Source: Basidiobolus meristosporus CBS 931.73
Taxonomy: Eukaryota; Fungi; Basidiobolomycota
DNA: 39,313 bases
NCBI GenBank assembly: GCA_002104905.1
Contig: MCFE01000751.1
Location: 1 to 39,313, forward strand
Direction: 5' to 3'
The notes beneath the pieces were generated by a model. That model was not told the DNA's origin. It saw nothing but the letters and a program-made list of their open reading frames with translations, and did no database searches. Position numbers and translations under genes: made by a program. Below, piece by piece: positions 13,201-25,700 of the stretch. Each line of letters opens with the position of its first letter. The stretch's first letter is position 1.

Positions 13201-14191
13201 GCATAGACCCACTTGCGGTAGCATCCAGAGCGGAGTTATCTCCCAAATAAACCTTTCTTTTGGGAACAGTCCTTAAGTTGCTGAACCACTCCTTTATACC
13301 ACAAATATGCTGTGATGCTCCAGAGTCATTTTACCACTCATTACTTTGGTTACTTGCACTCTCTTGTACAATTACAAATAACTGTGCATCAGTAGTTATA
13401 TGGTTGCCTGCTCTAGTTTCTGTTTTTTGTCTGCTTGTTTCTTCTTGCATTCTCTTGCCCAGTGTCCTGGCTTTTTACAATAGTTGCAGCAACCAGATTT
13501 TCTTTAGTTTTGTTGTTTTCCCTTCTTTTCTGAGTGCCTTTCTGAACTGAATAGAGCATTATCTGCAATTTTCTCTGCTTGATCATTATGTTTGAGTTCT
13601 TGATGGAGAAGTCTTCCTTTGACATAGTCTAAAGTCAAGTTGTCTTCTCTGCTTTCAAAAGAAAGTATGAGTGGCTCATACTTGTCTGGTAGGCTGCAAA
13701 GCAGACAGAGTATCTTTTCTTCATCATATACACCTGCATTAATGCCGTAGAGTTCTTCTGCAAGTGTCTCCATTTTGGTAATGAGTTGCAGCATGTCATC
13801 ACCTGGCTTCTTCCTCATGTTAGAGAACTTTTGCTTCAAATAAAGCTTGCTTAATACTGACTCTGCCCTAAAGATCTTCTCCAAGGATTTCCATGCTGCT
13901 TTGGCAGTATTTGAGGCATGTATTTGTCCAATAAAGGAATCTTACACATTAATACATATGGCATCAAAGGCCTTTCTCTCCTTCTCTTGAAACTTCTCCA
14001 CTTCTGCTGTTCTTTTGGGCTCTACTTCCTTTCTTGTTACTATTTTCCAAAGCTTCCTTTTCTCAAGGTGGATCTGCATCTTGATTCTCCAAAGTCTGAA
14101 GTTCCTTCCATCAAACCTCTCCTTTACAGGGAAGATGTTTGTGTTGTTCTGTTTGCTTGTAGAAGTCATCTTCAGAATAGATTAAGGCAAT

Positions 14192-14205
14192 TGGGGCGCA
14201 TAACC
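14192..14205 (-). other. Copia-type primer-binding site (tRNA-iMet half-molecule type)
   Basis: GGTTATGCGCCCCA directly after the 5' LTR, resembling the Drosophila copia PBS GGTTATGGGCCCAG as recalled. Confidence 0.7.
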
Positions 14206-14574
14206 AGTTGCAATTTAAGAAGTGATTAAGATATAAGGGACTTATCAAGAAATAGTGATAATAGTTGAACTGTTTTTTATTAATAAAGAAGCTCAGTATT
14301 TATACATTTGTAGAAGTAATACAGCTGTAACACCAAGTAAGGAGGGTTTCTCAATATTCAGGAGCATTCTGTAACAGTTTCAGGGTTAGAACATAATAGT
14401 TAGTATTAGTGCTAATATGATCCTCACAACAAGGGAATAATCATAAGATCATAGATCTGAAGAAAGTGGCAAAGTTAGAGCTGTAAATTAGTCCCACAGT
14501 GACCAATACTAGTCCAGAAGTGTTGAGTACATTTTTAGCGGCAGATTGATACCAAATAGTCCAATATTTAAACA
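14206..14574 (-). repeat. 5' LTR of copia C2
   Basis: Direct repeat of 9893-10261. The base adjoining the PBS differs from the canonical CA end. Confidence 0.95.
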
Positions 14575-15640
14575 GAATAAGACCTACAGGCCTATATATT
14601 TGGGAACTGCAAGTTTGACCTTGTACTAGGGAAAACATGGCTATTCTGTCATAATCCATCAATCAACTAGAGAACCCATGCCATCCAGATCCAAAAAGGC
14701 AACCGTACTTATGTGCTCCTACCTGCCAGATAGGTTTTTTACTTGGCCAATTCCAATGTGCATCAAACAAATGAGCTTAACAAGACACTGCTCTGTAGAG
14801 CACTTAGAAGTGGCACCCAGATGTTTCTCATGGTGGTATTACAGCAGATGTCTTCTACTTCACCCCAGAAGGTACAGACTTTTTGAAAGGATTTGTAGGC
14901 ATGCTTCCAAAACTTGTGAGCCTATTAATGGTCTGAGATATGGATCATGCCATTGACATTTAAGATAGCCCTCCAGTGAGTAAGACACCTTACCAAATGA
15001 GTCCATCAAAGTTGGAAGAGATGAAAAGACAAATGGATCAGCTATTGGAGCAAGGATATATCAGACCTAGCAAGTCACCATGGGGAGCACCAGTACTTCT
15101 TGTGAAACAGAAAGATGGAACACTTGGGATGTGCATTGACTACAGAGCTCTCAGCTCATTTACCTTGAAGAATAAGTACCCTGTACCTTGGATTGATGAG
15201 CTTTTGGATCATTTCAACACAGCTTCTATATTCAGCAAGATTCATCTCAAATCATGATACAGCCAGGTTAGGGTGAAACCAGAAGACATCCCTAAGCAGC
15301 ATTCAGCACCAGATATGGACATCACAAGTACAAGTCATGAGGTTAGGCCTTACCATAGCCTTGGCAATATTTGTGAACTTGATGCAAACAGTGTTCCAGG
15401 AATACTTAGTCAAGTTGGTGGTAGTCTATCTAGACAACATATTGAAATACACTAAGACAGAAGAGGAGCACTTGGTGCATGTTGGAAAGTTCTTGAAGAA
15501 GCTAAGAGAGAGCATGCTTAATGACAAGCTTGGACAGTGTGAATTCTTGAAGCAACAAGTTGAATACCTGGAACACATAGTGACTAGCACTAGAGTGACC
15601 TTGGACCCCAAGAAGGTTGAAGTCATAAAGAATCTGAAGC
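14575..15640 (+). mobile_element. Ty3/gypsy G1 continuation: protease C-part and RT
   Basis: FDLVLGKTWL continues the protease broken at 9892. Then [47 protein letters not shown]. Confidence 0.9.
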
Positions 15641-15699
15641 TGCAACATAGTATAACATGGCTCAGATCATGGAGGACCATATCATTCTTAATGAAGTGG

Positions 15700-15975
15700 A
15701 TGAAGATATCAAGAAGAGAATCCAGGATGAAGCCAGCAAATTTGTGGCACAGGATGAAACACTCTACCAAATTGCCAACAAGAAGTTGTAAGTTTCATCT
15801 ATCAAGGTATTCTTATGAAGTCTGGATGCCCTGGGAATATTTATCTGGCAGAGGAGCAAGCTTTATGGCAAAGACATTGGAAGCTTACCTGGAAATGCAG
15901 CAGATCAAACACTTGAAAACCTTGCCAAATTACCCTAGAACTAATGGAGTTGCTGAGTGGCTAGTGAATTACTTG
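15700..15975 (+). mobile_element. Short LTR-retroelement integrase fragment, probably from another element
   Basis: GRGASFM...YPRTNGVAE resembles D(RG)...HPQTNG(MV)E. Confidence 0.5.
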
Positions 15976-16324
15976 GAAAAATGCCAAGTATGTGTGCAAA
16001 TGGAGCTGTCAGTAGATGGGTTGAGTATGTTGACCAAGCACTTTTTATCTGCAGAGTAAGAGTGCACAATGAAGCTAGGCTAACTATCTATCAGTGAGCC
16101 TTCTGCTGTAGAGTTATCATTCTGCAGACCCTGTTGAAAGAGCAGAGATGAGCCCAAAGGCATCATATACTAACCTTGATCAGTTGCACAAGGCAATAAG
16201 TACAGCTAGGGATTGATATGAAGGTATCAAGTGGTCAGCATGATTTTGTAGGTAAAGTAGAGACTGATGAATGCTTAAACTAAGCATACTGCACTAATTA
16301 TGACCGCCCACATGGAATTTCAGA

Positions 16325-16445
16325 GATGATACATAGACTCTGGAGCATCTCCACACTTTACTCACCAAAAGAACTTTTTACTCAAAATTAAGAAATTTTA
16401 ATTAAGAAGGTTTTCATGAGTGAAGATAAAAACTTCATGCAGCTG
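16325..16445 (+). mobile_element. Copia C1 protease fragment
   Basis: YIDSGASPHF. Homologous to 27370-27480. Confidence 0.6.
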
Positions 16446-16589
16446 TAGATGGAACCATCTAAGTCAGCCTCAGAAGTGGTGAAGGGAGTCACACACTCAC
16501 CTTCAAAAATATACTCTATGTGCCAGAAATAGCTGTTCTAATCTGGAGAAGGCATCAGCAACCACGTTGTTTTTTCAGGGCTGTAGACA

Positions 16590-16960
16590 ATCTCCAAATC
16601 ATGTTACAGAATGTGTTCACTCTATCTTGTTATTCTTGTAGAGAGTACCTTCTGAGTATTTGTATACTTGAGGGAGGCATGATCAGTCTTTGAAGTGTAG
16701 ATGACTCCTTTAATATAGCAACTCTATTTCCTCAAGCAGTGAATTATATCAAGCATCTCCTTCTCATACACTGGATAGTTTTGTTCTGCTGAGTTCAGTT
16801 TCTTGGACTCAAAGGCAACTGATTAGTCCTTTCCCTTGTGTTCTTAGCTTAAAACTCCACCTATTGTATAATCTGAAGCATCTGTGCACAGTGTAAACTC
16901 TTTCTGAAGTCAGGTATTATTAAGCTTGGTAGCTTAGCAAGTTCATTCTTGAGCATCTGA
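16590..16960 (-). mobile_element. Ty3/gypsy RNase H fragment
   Basis: PDFRKEFTLCTDASDYTIGGVL...VAFESKKLNSAEQNYPVYEKEML...TDHASLKY. Confidence 0.9.
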
Positions 16961-17329
16961 GAAGCAGTCTCAGATGCTATGTCTCACCTGTAAGTATTGT
17001 CTTTCTTTCAATGAGTTCACACATCTCAAGTAATAGAAAATCACTTCAAGGATATCAAATTGATTTGACTAAAAACTGATCAAACTTAAACACTCAAGTG
17101 GTAGATCATAACACATATACCAAGAAACTGACCAGAATTCAGTCACAATTTGAGCCACAACATGTAAAATGCTTTTTTAGGCTATTGTAAAGAGAGTAAT
17201 CCAAATAAACTGTACAATACCAATGCAAAGAAGCCTCTCAAGTCTGAGGATGTGTGGCTTCAAAGAAATTCAAAACGCTCACACAAAATGAAATAAGAGA
17301 TTATGAAAGTCTGATTGCAAGTCAACCAT

Positions 17330-17660
17330 TAGTCATGATTGAATCAGAGCAACTCAATGAAGTTGTCTTCACTTGAAGGGACATTATAACTGTGGCTTGG
17401 CCTGAATCAGTGTCTAAGAACATCCAAGCAATGCTCATTCCAGTATTACAAGCCAGTAGATCCATCTGGACCAGAAATAGCACATATTACTACACTAATG
17501 ATGCTACAAACTTTGTTTATGCCTATTCAGCTCATATTGATGAGCCCCAGACTGCAAAAGAGGCCCTAAATTACCTTCAGACAAAGTCTTGAAGATCTGC
17601 AAAGACTGGGGATCCTGAGGTACTAATAGAAGATCAAGGTTGGGACTTAGTCACGTTGCC
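17330..17660 (+). mobile_element. Copia C1 integrase-RT linker and RT start fragment
   Basis: YAYSAHIDEPQTAKEAL matches 2568-2861 (YAYSVHIDQPQTVNEAL). Confidence 0.8.
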
Positions 17661-18099
17661 AATATATCAAGTGTCATATAGATTCAGATAACAATTATCA
17701 GACTCCACTTGACTTACCTGTAGATCTCTGCCTTCTACCCACAGCTCTTGAGAAGAACTTGAAAAGGAATACATACCATAAGTATCACCCTGTATCTTTC
17801 CCTAGTATTTTTCCTCAAAATGCAAATACAATGTGTCTTTTTAAATTATTGGCCAATGCTGCATTCACTTTATTACCCTGCTGGTGTAGTTTACAGTTGC
17901 AACAGTATTGGAAGATTTAGTACAATACTCTATCAAAGGATGTTCAAGCAAGTACCATCTGAAGTGACGCTAACTTATTCAGAATTGGGGATGGGGGCTC
18001 AATCATTATATTCTTAACAAACTAGTAGAGTTATAACCCATATATTAGCTAGTAGTATCCAGTATTCCTGAACAAGATTTCTTCCACTACCAAGTTCAG

Positions 18100-20920
18100 T
18101 GTCCCTTAAAATGAATTCTGAGGTTTTATCAACACATTGATCAAGCCAGAACTGCTGTCAGCAAGATCAAGAACTTGAAGCAATGAATCAGACCTGAATC
18201 TGCCTATCCTTCTGAATTCTGGTCACTAGCAAGTGATTTGAGCATTTGGGGTGATGATGCCTTGATTAGTCAGTGTCAAGATGGACTTAATGATGCAGTC
18301 AGTGGCCTACTACTCACACCCCTGGACCCAACTAGCTTGGATGAAGCTATAAATCAAGTAATCCAATGTGCCAATTGCCTTTTCCAGAAGAAACAGAAGT
18401 CAGATACTTATCTGCCAACCTCCTACCTAGTAATCCAGTCACCAGGTACTAAGCCTGATGATCCTATTCATAATGACAGTGCCAAATACAAGAAGCTTAC
18501 AAAAGAAGAGAGATCTAAATGTCAACAGGCAAACCTCTGCCTTTACTGTGGCTAATCAGGTCACTTTGCCAAGTCTTGTCCAAACAAGAAGTCCAGCTAC
18601 AAACTCATACAATCATCCAGTGAACAGCCTTCTGCAGGGTTGTTGGGAAGCTCCAGTGTCCAGTTACAATGACAGGCTTGTAATTGGATCCTCTAATGAA
18701 AATTCAACATATTCAAGAAGCATCACATACTACCAAGTCCATGCAACCTTGAGAATGCCTGTCAACATCCATATCCCTGAATCTAGTCCTGTTCATATGC
18801 TTGAGCTCATATATTCAGGTGCTTCCTCCTGTCTCATTGACCATTCCTTTGCCCGGAAGCAAAATATCCCTACTATCCTGTAGTCCCATGTTTATCTACC
18901 TTCATGATATCCTGATCTACTCCAAGACTGAAGAAGAGCATAATTCCCATGTGAAGAAAGTGTTTACCAAGCTTGACACAGCTGGCCTCTACACCATAGT
19001 GGAAAGCTGTGAGTTTGATCAGAAAGTGATTGAGTTCCTAGGCTATCTTGCAAGCTCTAATGGAACAAGAATGAGCCCTAGAAAAGTGGAAGCCATCCAG
19101 TCCTGAAAAACTCCCTGTTGCATAAAAGAAGTGCAATTCTTCCTTGAATTTGCCAGTTTCTACTGTAGATTTGTTGCCAACTACTCCAGCATAGTCACTC
19201 CCTTGACAAAGCTCACCCAGAAAATTCTGCCCTTTGCCTAGAGTAAGGGATAGTATGAGTCATTTGGTTCTAGCAAGAAGTCCTTCTTGTGTGCCCTCCG
19301 ATTGCCCACCCTGACTTTGAGAAACCTTTCATCTGGCAAACTAATGCCTCTGACTTTGCCCTTGGTGCCATCCTTTCCCAGTATGATGACAAGAATGTAC
19401 TACAACCCATGGTATTTTACTCATGAAAATTTACTTCAGCCAAAGTAAACTATGATATCTATGACAAGAAACTACTTGTAATCATTGTTGCCTTTAGACA
19501 ATGAAGACACTACCTTGATTGTTTAGCCCAATTGATAAAGATCCTCTATGACCACAAGAATCTTAAGTACTTTACTACCTCAAAAGTACTAAACCAGAGA
19601 CAAGCCAGATAGTCCCTGTTCCTGTATAGCTTTGACTTTGGCATTGCCTATAGACCATTGGTGAAAAAACAAAAACCTGATGCCCTGTCCAGAAAGGCAG
19701 AGTATTCCCTTGAAGTAGGAGACAATGCCTGTAGGCAAATGAAATACCCTGTACTCAACAAAATACACTTTGAGGTCCTTGCAATCCAGTCCCCCAGTAT
19801 TCTAGCTCCTTTACTCCTTGAGAATGTCAAGACCTGCTAATCCACCTACTCCACAGCAGCAACAATCAAGAAATATCTCAAGTCTCTCAATGACTCACCA
19901 CCCAGGTTTCAAAACCCCCAGTACCTACATCTAGTCAATGACATCATCTATTACAAGCACCAGCTGCTTGTCCCATACCTTGATACCCAGTTGGATATCA
20001 TCCATTCTTGCCATGATTCAACGGCTGCAGGACATCTTGGTACTACCAAAACCATGAATGTAATTGAGTGACTTCTGGTGGCCCAGATAATATCCCTTGT
20101 CAAGGAGTACATCTAATCCTGTGATACATATAATTGCACAAGATCTGCCAGACACCAGCCATATGGACTTCTTCAACCCTTACCAATCCCTGGCCAGTAA
20201 TGGCAGTCAATCTCAATGGAATTCATCTTCAATCTCCCCAAACCCAACTAATTCAATTCTGTCCTGGTAGTGGCTGATAGACTCACAAAGTTGGCCAACT
20301 GCATTCCCTGGTCTACAAATATAGACACTAAGGAGACTGCCCCCTTAGTGATCAGGAACATTTTCTGTCTACTTGATATCTCAAGTGACATTGTATCTGA
20401 TAGAAGACCCCAGTATATATCAAAATTCTGGAAACACTTGTTGCAATATCTTGGTTTACAAGTCAAGCTCTCATCTGCTTTCAATCCTCAGACAGATGGT
20501 TGGACTGAAAGAAATAACCAGATCCTTCAACAACACCTCCAGTACTGTATTAACTATAAGCAAGACAACTGAACCCAGCTGCTACCACTTGCAGAATTTG
20601 CCTACAACAACTCATGTCAAAGTGCAACTGGTCTTACACCACTCTTTGCAAATTATGGTTTTTATCTGCAATTTGGTATTTGGATTCCAACAAACTTTAC
20701 AAGCTCCCCTGCAGCTAAACATATAGCAACAATTCTAGAAATCCAAGAAACACTCAAGTAAGAACTATCCTTAGCCCATGAAGGGTACAAAAAATTGTAG
20801 ACAACAACAGTAGCCTAACCCCAAGCATAATGAAGGAGATTTAGTACAGCTCTTGAAAAGAAACATTCCTACCAGCCACCACTTGTGACAAATTAGACCA
20901 GAAGAAACTGAGCCCAGAAT
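18100..20920 (+). mobile_element. Decayed Ty3/gypsy (G2, Tf1/sushi-like): gag, PR, partial RT, RH, IN
   Basis: CLYCG*SGHFAKSC, IYSGASSCLID, YLHDILIYSKTEEEH, NYDIYDKKLL, HDSTAAGHLG, PYGLLQPLPIP, SSAFNPQTDG. The N-half of RT is deleted near 18885. Confidence 0.9.
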
Positions 20921-21199
20921 GGATTAGTTGAAAGCCGTTTAAGTATTGATCGGTGCATGAGATATGTGAAAACTATATGATTAGTCAGCTAATGTCTTGG
21001 CAGTTGCTAAGTGAATGGATAGATCTTAGATGGCTGATCACTAGGAAAGGCTTAGCAGATAAGTTGAGGAGTTAATGATCACATGAAGTTAATCAGATGT
21101 GACAGCTAATAAAATATTCTGAGAATTGATAACATAAACCATAACTGGGATTTGTTATGTTTGGGTTAGGGAAAATCAGTTAAGACAAAAGAATTTCTA

Positions 21200-22214
21200 G
21201 CACAGTAAAGTTGGCACAGTTTTGAATGTTGATGCACAACATGCATATCTGTGCTTAGCATTCTCCAACTCTTCCTGGCTGTCCTCTACATGCCAACTCA
21301 TCTCATCAGTGACAGACTTGAAAGTGATATTCCTGATGAGATTGAGATGTGCTAGTACCTGCAACCTGACTTTTCTTCCTATCCTGCCACACATTTGCTC
21401 CATAGAAAACTTCCAAAAGGTGATGCAGGGCTTAAGATTCTCCACACACCTAGCAAGATGAAATACAGAATGGATACAGTAGCAGCAGAGATCTAAACAT
21501 TCAGCTTTATGCCTGTAGGGTAGACACTTAACTTATGTCACAAACTGCTTGCATCAAAGCTATAGATGCACCCATTTGGCTTGGTGATCTGCTTCTTGAT
21601 ATTGCTTCAGTATCAACATAAGACTCCCAATGCTTCAAAAGTACTTGTGGTCAAAATTGCTTCAAAAGGCCACTTGAGTTAACAAATATCCAGTTCATCC
21701 AGCCCTTGCATTTGTATTGTTGTATATGCATGTGATTATTGATTGGAGCTTGTGAAAAGTAGTTGGGGAAGCAAACACTCCTTGATATCTTGTCAGTTCT
21801 TTCAAATTTCTCTGGTATCTCAAAGGGTTCATTTAGCTTGGAATGCCCTATGTACAACTTAGTCATCAGTATAGGGATGTTGTTGAAAAGCAAATGCATT
21901 GCTCCCAGTGGAAAGCTTTTGCTCTAACAGATACCCTCAATCTTAAGTATCTAAAGTTTCCAGTTAATTCCATTTTCTGGCCAATGGCTTATATCATGCC
22001 AGCTTTGTTGCAATATCATACTGACTTCTGTACATTCCCTACGTGGGAAAGTAACGCTCTTGGTGCTGGTATTTGGATGGTAATAATGTGTGTGATTTAT
22101 GGAGTATGTCTCATGGATCTCACACATTTGTCAGCAATACCATCTATTGAGCCCAGAAAAGTCATCCATCTTGCTGATGGCTGAGGTGTTTTCAATGCAG
22201 ATTATAATATATGC
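21200..22214 (-). pseudogene. CACTA/En-Spm-like (tnp2 family) transposase pseudogene
   Basis: ENTSAISKMDDFSGLNRWYC*QMCEIH (GDxPAxSK...GHN...CRxC), SFPLGAMHLLFNNI (FPxDxMH), YKCKGWMNWI and IHSVFHLARCVENLKPCITFWKFSMEQMCG (HxxxHL...GP...W.F.MER.CG). Confidence 0.8.
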
Positions 22215-23510
22215 TGTAGTGGTGTATAATGCCGATGGAGAGATACATCTAAAACTCTTTGAGTGTATTGGGCATGTAGTGTGTTCAATCTGTGCAATAG
22301 CCATTTGCAAAAGCCTGCTAGGAATACATGGGTCTTGCCTCTACTCTTTTGTAAAGGGGAATAAAGCCACAAGCTTGTCAAGGGAAACTGTTGCACTGCA
22401 GTTTCCAACTTATTTGGCATGTTGACAAAAGTATGTGCTGGGGCTGGCATCCTTTGAGATGACAATGTACTAAAGCTTCCAATGTCAAAGCCACTGTAAA
22501 CTCCACCAGCAGGGACTTGATAAAAATGCAGCTGTGGTTGCTAGTTACAAAGACAGCAAAGTATCTTTGCATGTACAAGAACAAACTTGGGAAAGAATCA
22601 AATATAATAAAAGATACCAACTCTGAGTATTCCTCAAAAGTTGTGCCTCTAAGGTCAGTTAGCTGTCAACGTGGTTTCCTAGGAGTGTTGTGTGGTCTGG
22701 GGTTGGAAGTTCAGGTAGCAGCTGGTAGCAGTGATCACATTAATCCACAAGTTGGTATATTGATAAAAGGGATGATGATGTATTGTTGTGGGATTGTCAC
22801 CCTCATATGCTTTTCTCACTGGCTAAGTGATTACTAATCATGGTGTTCCAGATGTCAATAGAAATCTTAATGACATCAGAATAAGCTGTGAGCTTACTAA
22901 GTAGGTGCTGGAAGGTTCTAAGAGGCACAGCACATCCAACCAATCAGGAATCAGTACTCTGAAACCTGTGTAACACATGGATACCATATATAGTATGGAA
23001 ATGGTAGGGATGGTGACACTGGTTGCTCATGTGTCACAGGTACTGATGTGGGTACTTGCCAAATATAGAAGTACTTACAGCTAGTAATCTTACATAAAGT
23101 GAGGGGTAGCTAATGCAATGAGGTAAGCATGTGTGATAGTCTACCGGCTTATGAGATATTACTGATCAGGTAAAACAAATGGGATAAAACTAAAACATAA
23201 GCACAGTTTCCTGGAAGTGGCCTGTGGTCTGAGATTGGCAGTTCAGATAGCAGCAGGTAGCAATGATCACTCTAATCAACAAGTTGCAATATTGATAAAG
23301 GGATGATGATTTATGATTGAGGAATTGCTTCCCTTCAAAACTTTCTGTGCCGGCAAAGTGACACCACCTCCAGTGTTCCAGAAGGTTCTCTAGCTCATTA
23401 GAAATCATGATGACATCAAAATGAGTTATGCATGTTCTGAGTATATGCCCAAACATTCTAAGACACACAGCATGTCCAAGCAATCAGGGGTCAGTATATA
23501 AAGCTTGTGT
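22215..23510 (-). repeat. Older diverged LTR related to the young gypsy LTR, with an internal duplication
   Basis: 22215-22800 aligns with the reverse complement of 31510-32071 and ends ...TATACACCACTACA. 22675-22970 is repeated at 23205-23510. Confidence 0.8.
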
Positions 23511-23539
23511 AACATAAGGATATCATAATTGTATCTTAG

Positions 23540-24050
23540 ACAAAAATTCTTTGTCCCAAAGATGCTGCCAGGATTAAAAATGAAAAGTTTAATTTGCAGA
23601 GTTACCCTGCTGGTGGATGAAATGGAATCTGTAGGTGTACCAGCTACTGATGAGGATGTGATAGTTACCATCCTGAGTAGCTGGAAAAATAAGTTTCAGG
23701 GCTTTGTATCAGCCCTAGAGCCTAGAACTGAAGATTTGAGTTTGAATCATATATAGGGAAGGCACCTGGATGAAGAATTAAGAAAGTCAAGTGCCAATGA
23801 GAAGGAATAAGATGATGCTTTAATAAGTTATGATGACCAACAAGGGAGGTACTGAAAACCCTTCAAAGGCAACAGCAATCTGCTTTGGAGCTACTGGAAA
23901 TGGAAAGGACACAGATTAGACCAATGCTTCAACAAGAGAGACAATCAGCAAAAGAAGCCTGAATATGGAAATGCTTCAATGACAAAAGCAGACTACTTAT
24001 GTCTTCCCTGCATATGACCACAAACAAAGATTCTCAGATGTAGTACATTA
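23540..24050 (+). mobile_element. Ty1/copia gag fragment
   Basis: LVDEMESVGVPATDEDVIVTILSS...FVSALE resembles the copia gag (UBN2-type) core, followed by a CWSYWKWKGH knuckle remnant. Confidence 0.7.
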
Positions 24051-24534
24051 GACTTCTTCCATTGGATAGTGCCACATAATGCTGGCCTGTTTAAAGTATC
24101 AGCTTTATCTGTCACTCTATGGCACTACCTGGCATTCTAATCTCATTATGCCAGTGGTAGAATATAGTTACTGGAATTTTTACTCAATCCTGCTTATGTT
24201 GCTCAGAAAAGTGCTTTTCTTGCTTTACTTATTCTTTGTAATGCTCCGGACATGTTTCTCTCAGTAGAAGTCTTCTTGTAGGAAATATACTGTACTTTAA
24301 AAATATCTTGACTTTTTTACCTATTCTGCTGTTTTCTCCTATATATGACTTTCCTCTGTATTTTCCTGCTAATATGCTGAATCTCTTAAGATATCCAAGT
24401 GTTTGCTCTGCTCTCATGCTGAAGTGATTAACATCTCATTGTAGTGCTTCTGCTAAGCACAACATTCCTTAGATTCTTATAAGATGTAATACATTCTACT
24501 CCCTGACAATTCTCTCCTACTTAAACTAATTCCA

Positions 24535-25700
24535 ACAAATATTTCTTCCCTCTGCTGAACTCTGGATGATTCTCTACCCAGAGTGCTTTACTATGCCTAC
24601 TTCCAGCAAATGGCCCACCGAACCAGATGATGCTACCCTCAATGTCAGAGGGTGCTTGCAACTTAACACAGTCTGTCTTGTACTTGCCCAAGTAAAAGTG
24701 CTACTGCCCTCTATAAGGTCTGCTAAACCTGACTGGAATGATATCCAAGATACTCCTGTTATGGAACCTGTTGCTGAGTACTCAGGTATTTGGAAGTCTA
24801 TGGGAGCTTCAGAACCTAGCAGTCCAAGCTTGCTGTAAGTTGTTTATACCCTCTCCAAGGTGGTTCTCCATAACTGTTAGCTGAGAATGAAAGCTTCTAG
24901 GACTTCTGTTACCATGAATGGTGGGATGAAATCTTGTAGGGCTCTTGTTCCTGTAATAGCAGACAAGCTTAACATGGGACCTCCTTGAGTAGATTAGGGT
25001 AGATGGTTCACATTGCTTGTTATTGATCACCTCCAATGTGTCAAAAGGAAATCTAATGGTAATGTTATGATTGATGAGAAAAGTCCATTCAGATTAGCAA
25101 GTCATATCAAGATTGGTATGTGATTGAGTAGAAGCAATATGGATTGATTTGGAGCAATCAGCTTAATTCATCCAATTTTCCATGCATTACTATCAAATCT
25201 CCATCAAGTGCCATATATCCCATCATAATGTTACAAATATTAACCTCAAACAATGACTTAGTGATTTTGTGGATGATTTACTCAGAAGTCTATAATCCAG
25301 AAGTGAATCTGCAATTGATGCAATATGATCCATGTCAATGCAATATGTTACGTATACTGCATATTATATGAAAAATTCAACAATCACATTAGTTTTCATA
25401 TATATTTCATATAAGACCAGGTTGATGCAAATATACTACTGAACAACTATCAAAATCCATCACTATGGTCCCTATAGCAAGTCCAAAGTCATCATCAGTA
25501 CAACATAGACAAAACCCATCCCCAGTTTGCAAGCACAGTCCAGACTGGAAAAATCAATGCTGCATCCATTCAAGTTCTTGCCAAGTGACTTTAGTATGGC
25601 CCAAGAGTCTGTGATGAGCTCTCATACAGATATTTGAGCACTATTCATTAATCCAGCAGAACTGGATACCTCAGAGAGTCAACAGAGGTAGAAGTATTGG
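24535..25700 (-). pseudogene. PIF/Harbinger-like transposase pseudogene, copy 2, with upstream region
   Basis: Collinear with 3260-4420 in the same orientation (the 24566 and 3293 ORFs are homologous; YSRRSHVKLVCY...PTRFHPTIHGNRSPRSFHSQL). Confidence 0.8.

Larger units (their letters stand above)
9893..14574 (-). mobile_element. Structurally full-length Ty1/copia (C2), LTR-gag-PR-IN-RT-RH-LTR, pseudogenised
   Basis: Two 369-bp LTRs. TSD GAAGA/GAATA (4 of 5). gag with CNYCKKPGHWAREC, DSGASQHIC, WHRRLGH, VHSDICGP, SDNGGEY, KARLVAKGY, LVLYVDNL, HARTKHID. Confidence 0.97.

Noticed and set aside
24060-24500. AT-rich block as a possible LTR
   Set aside because: No TG...CA pair, partner copy, PBS or PPT could be located.
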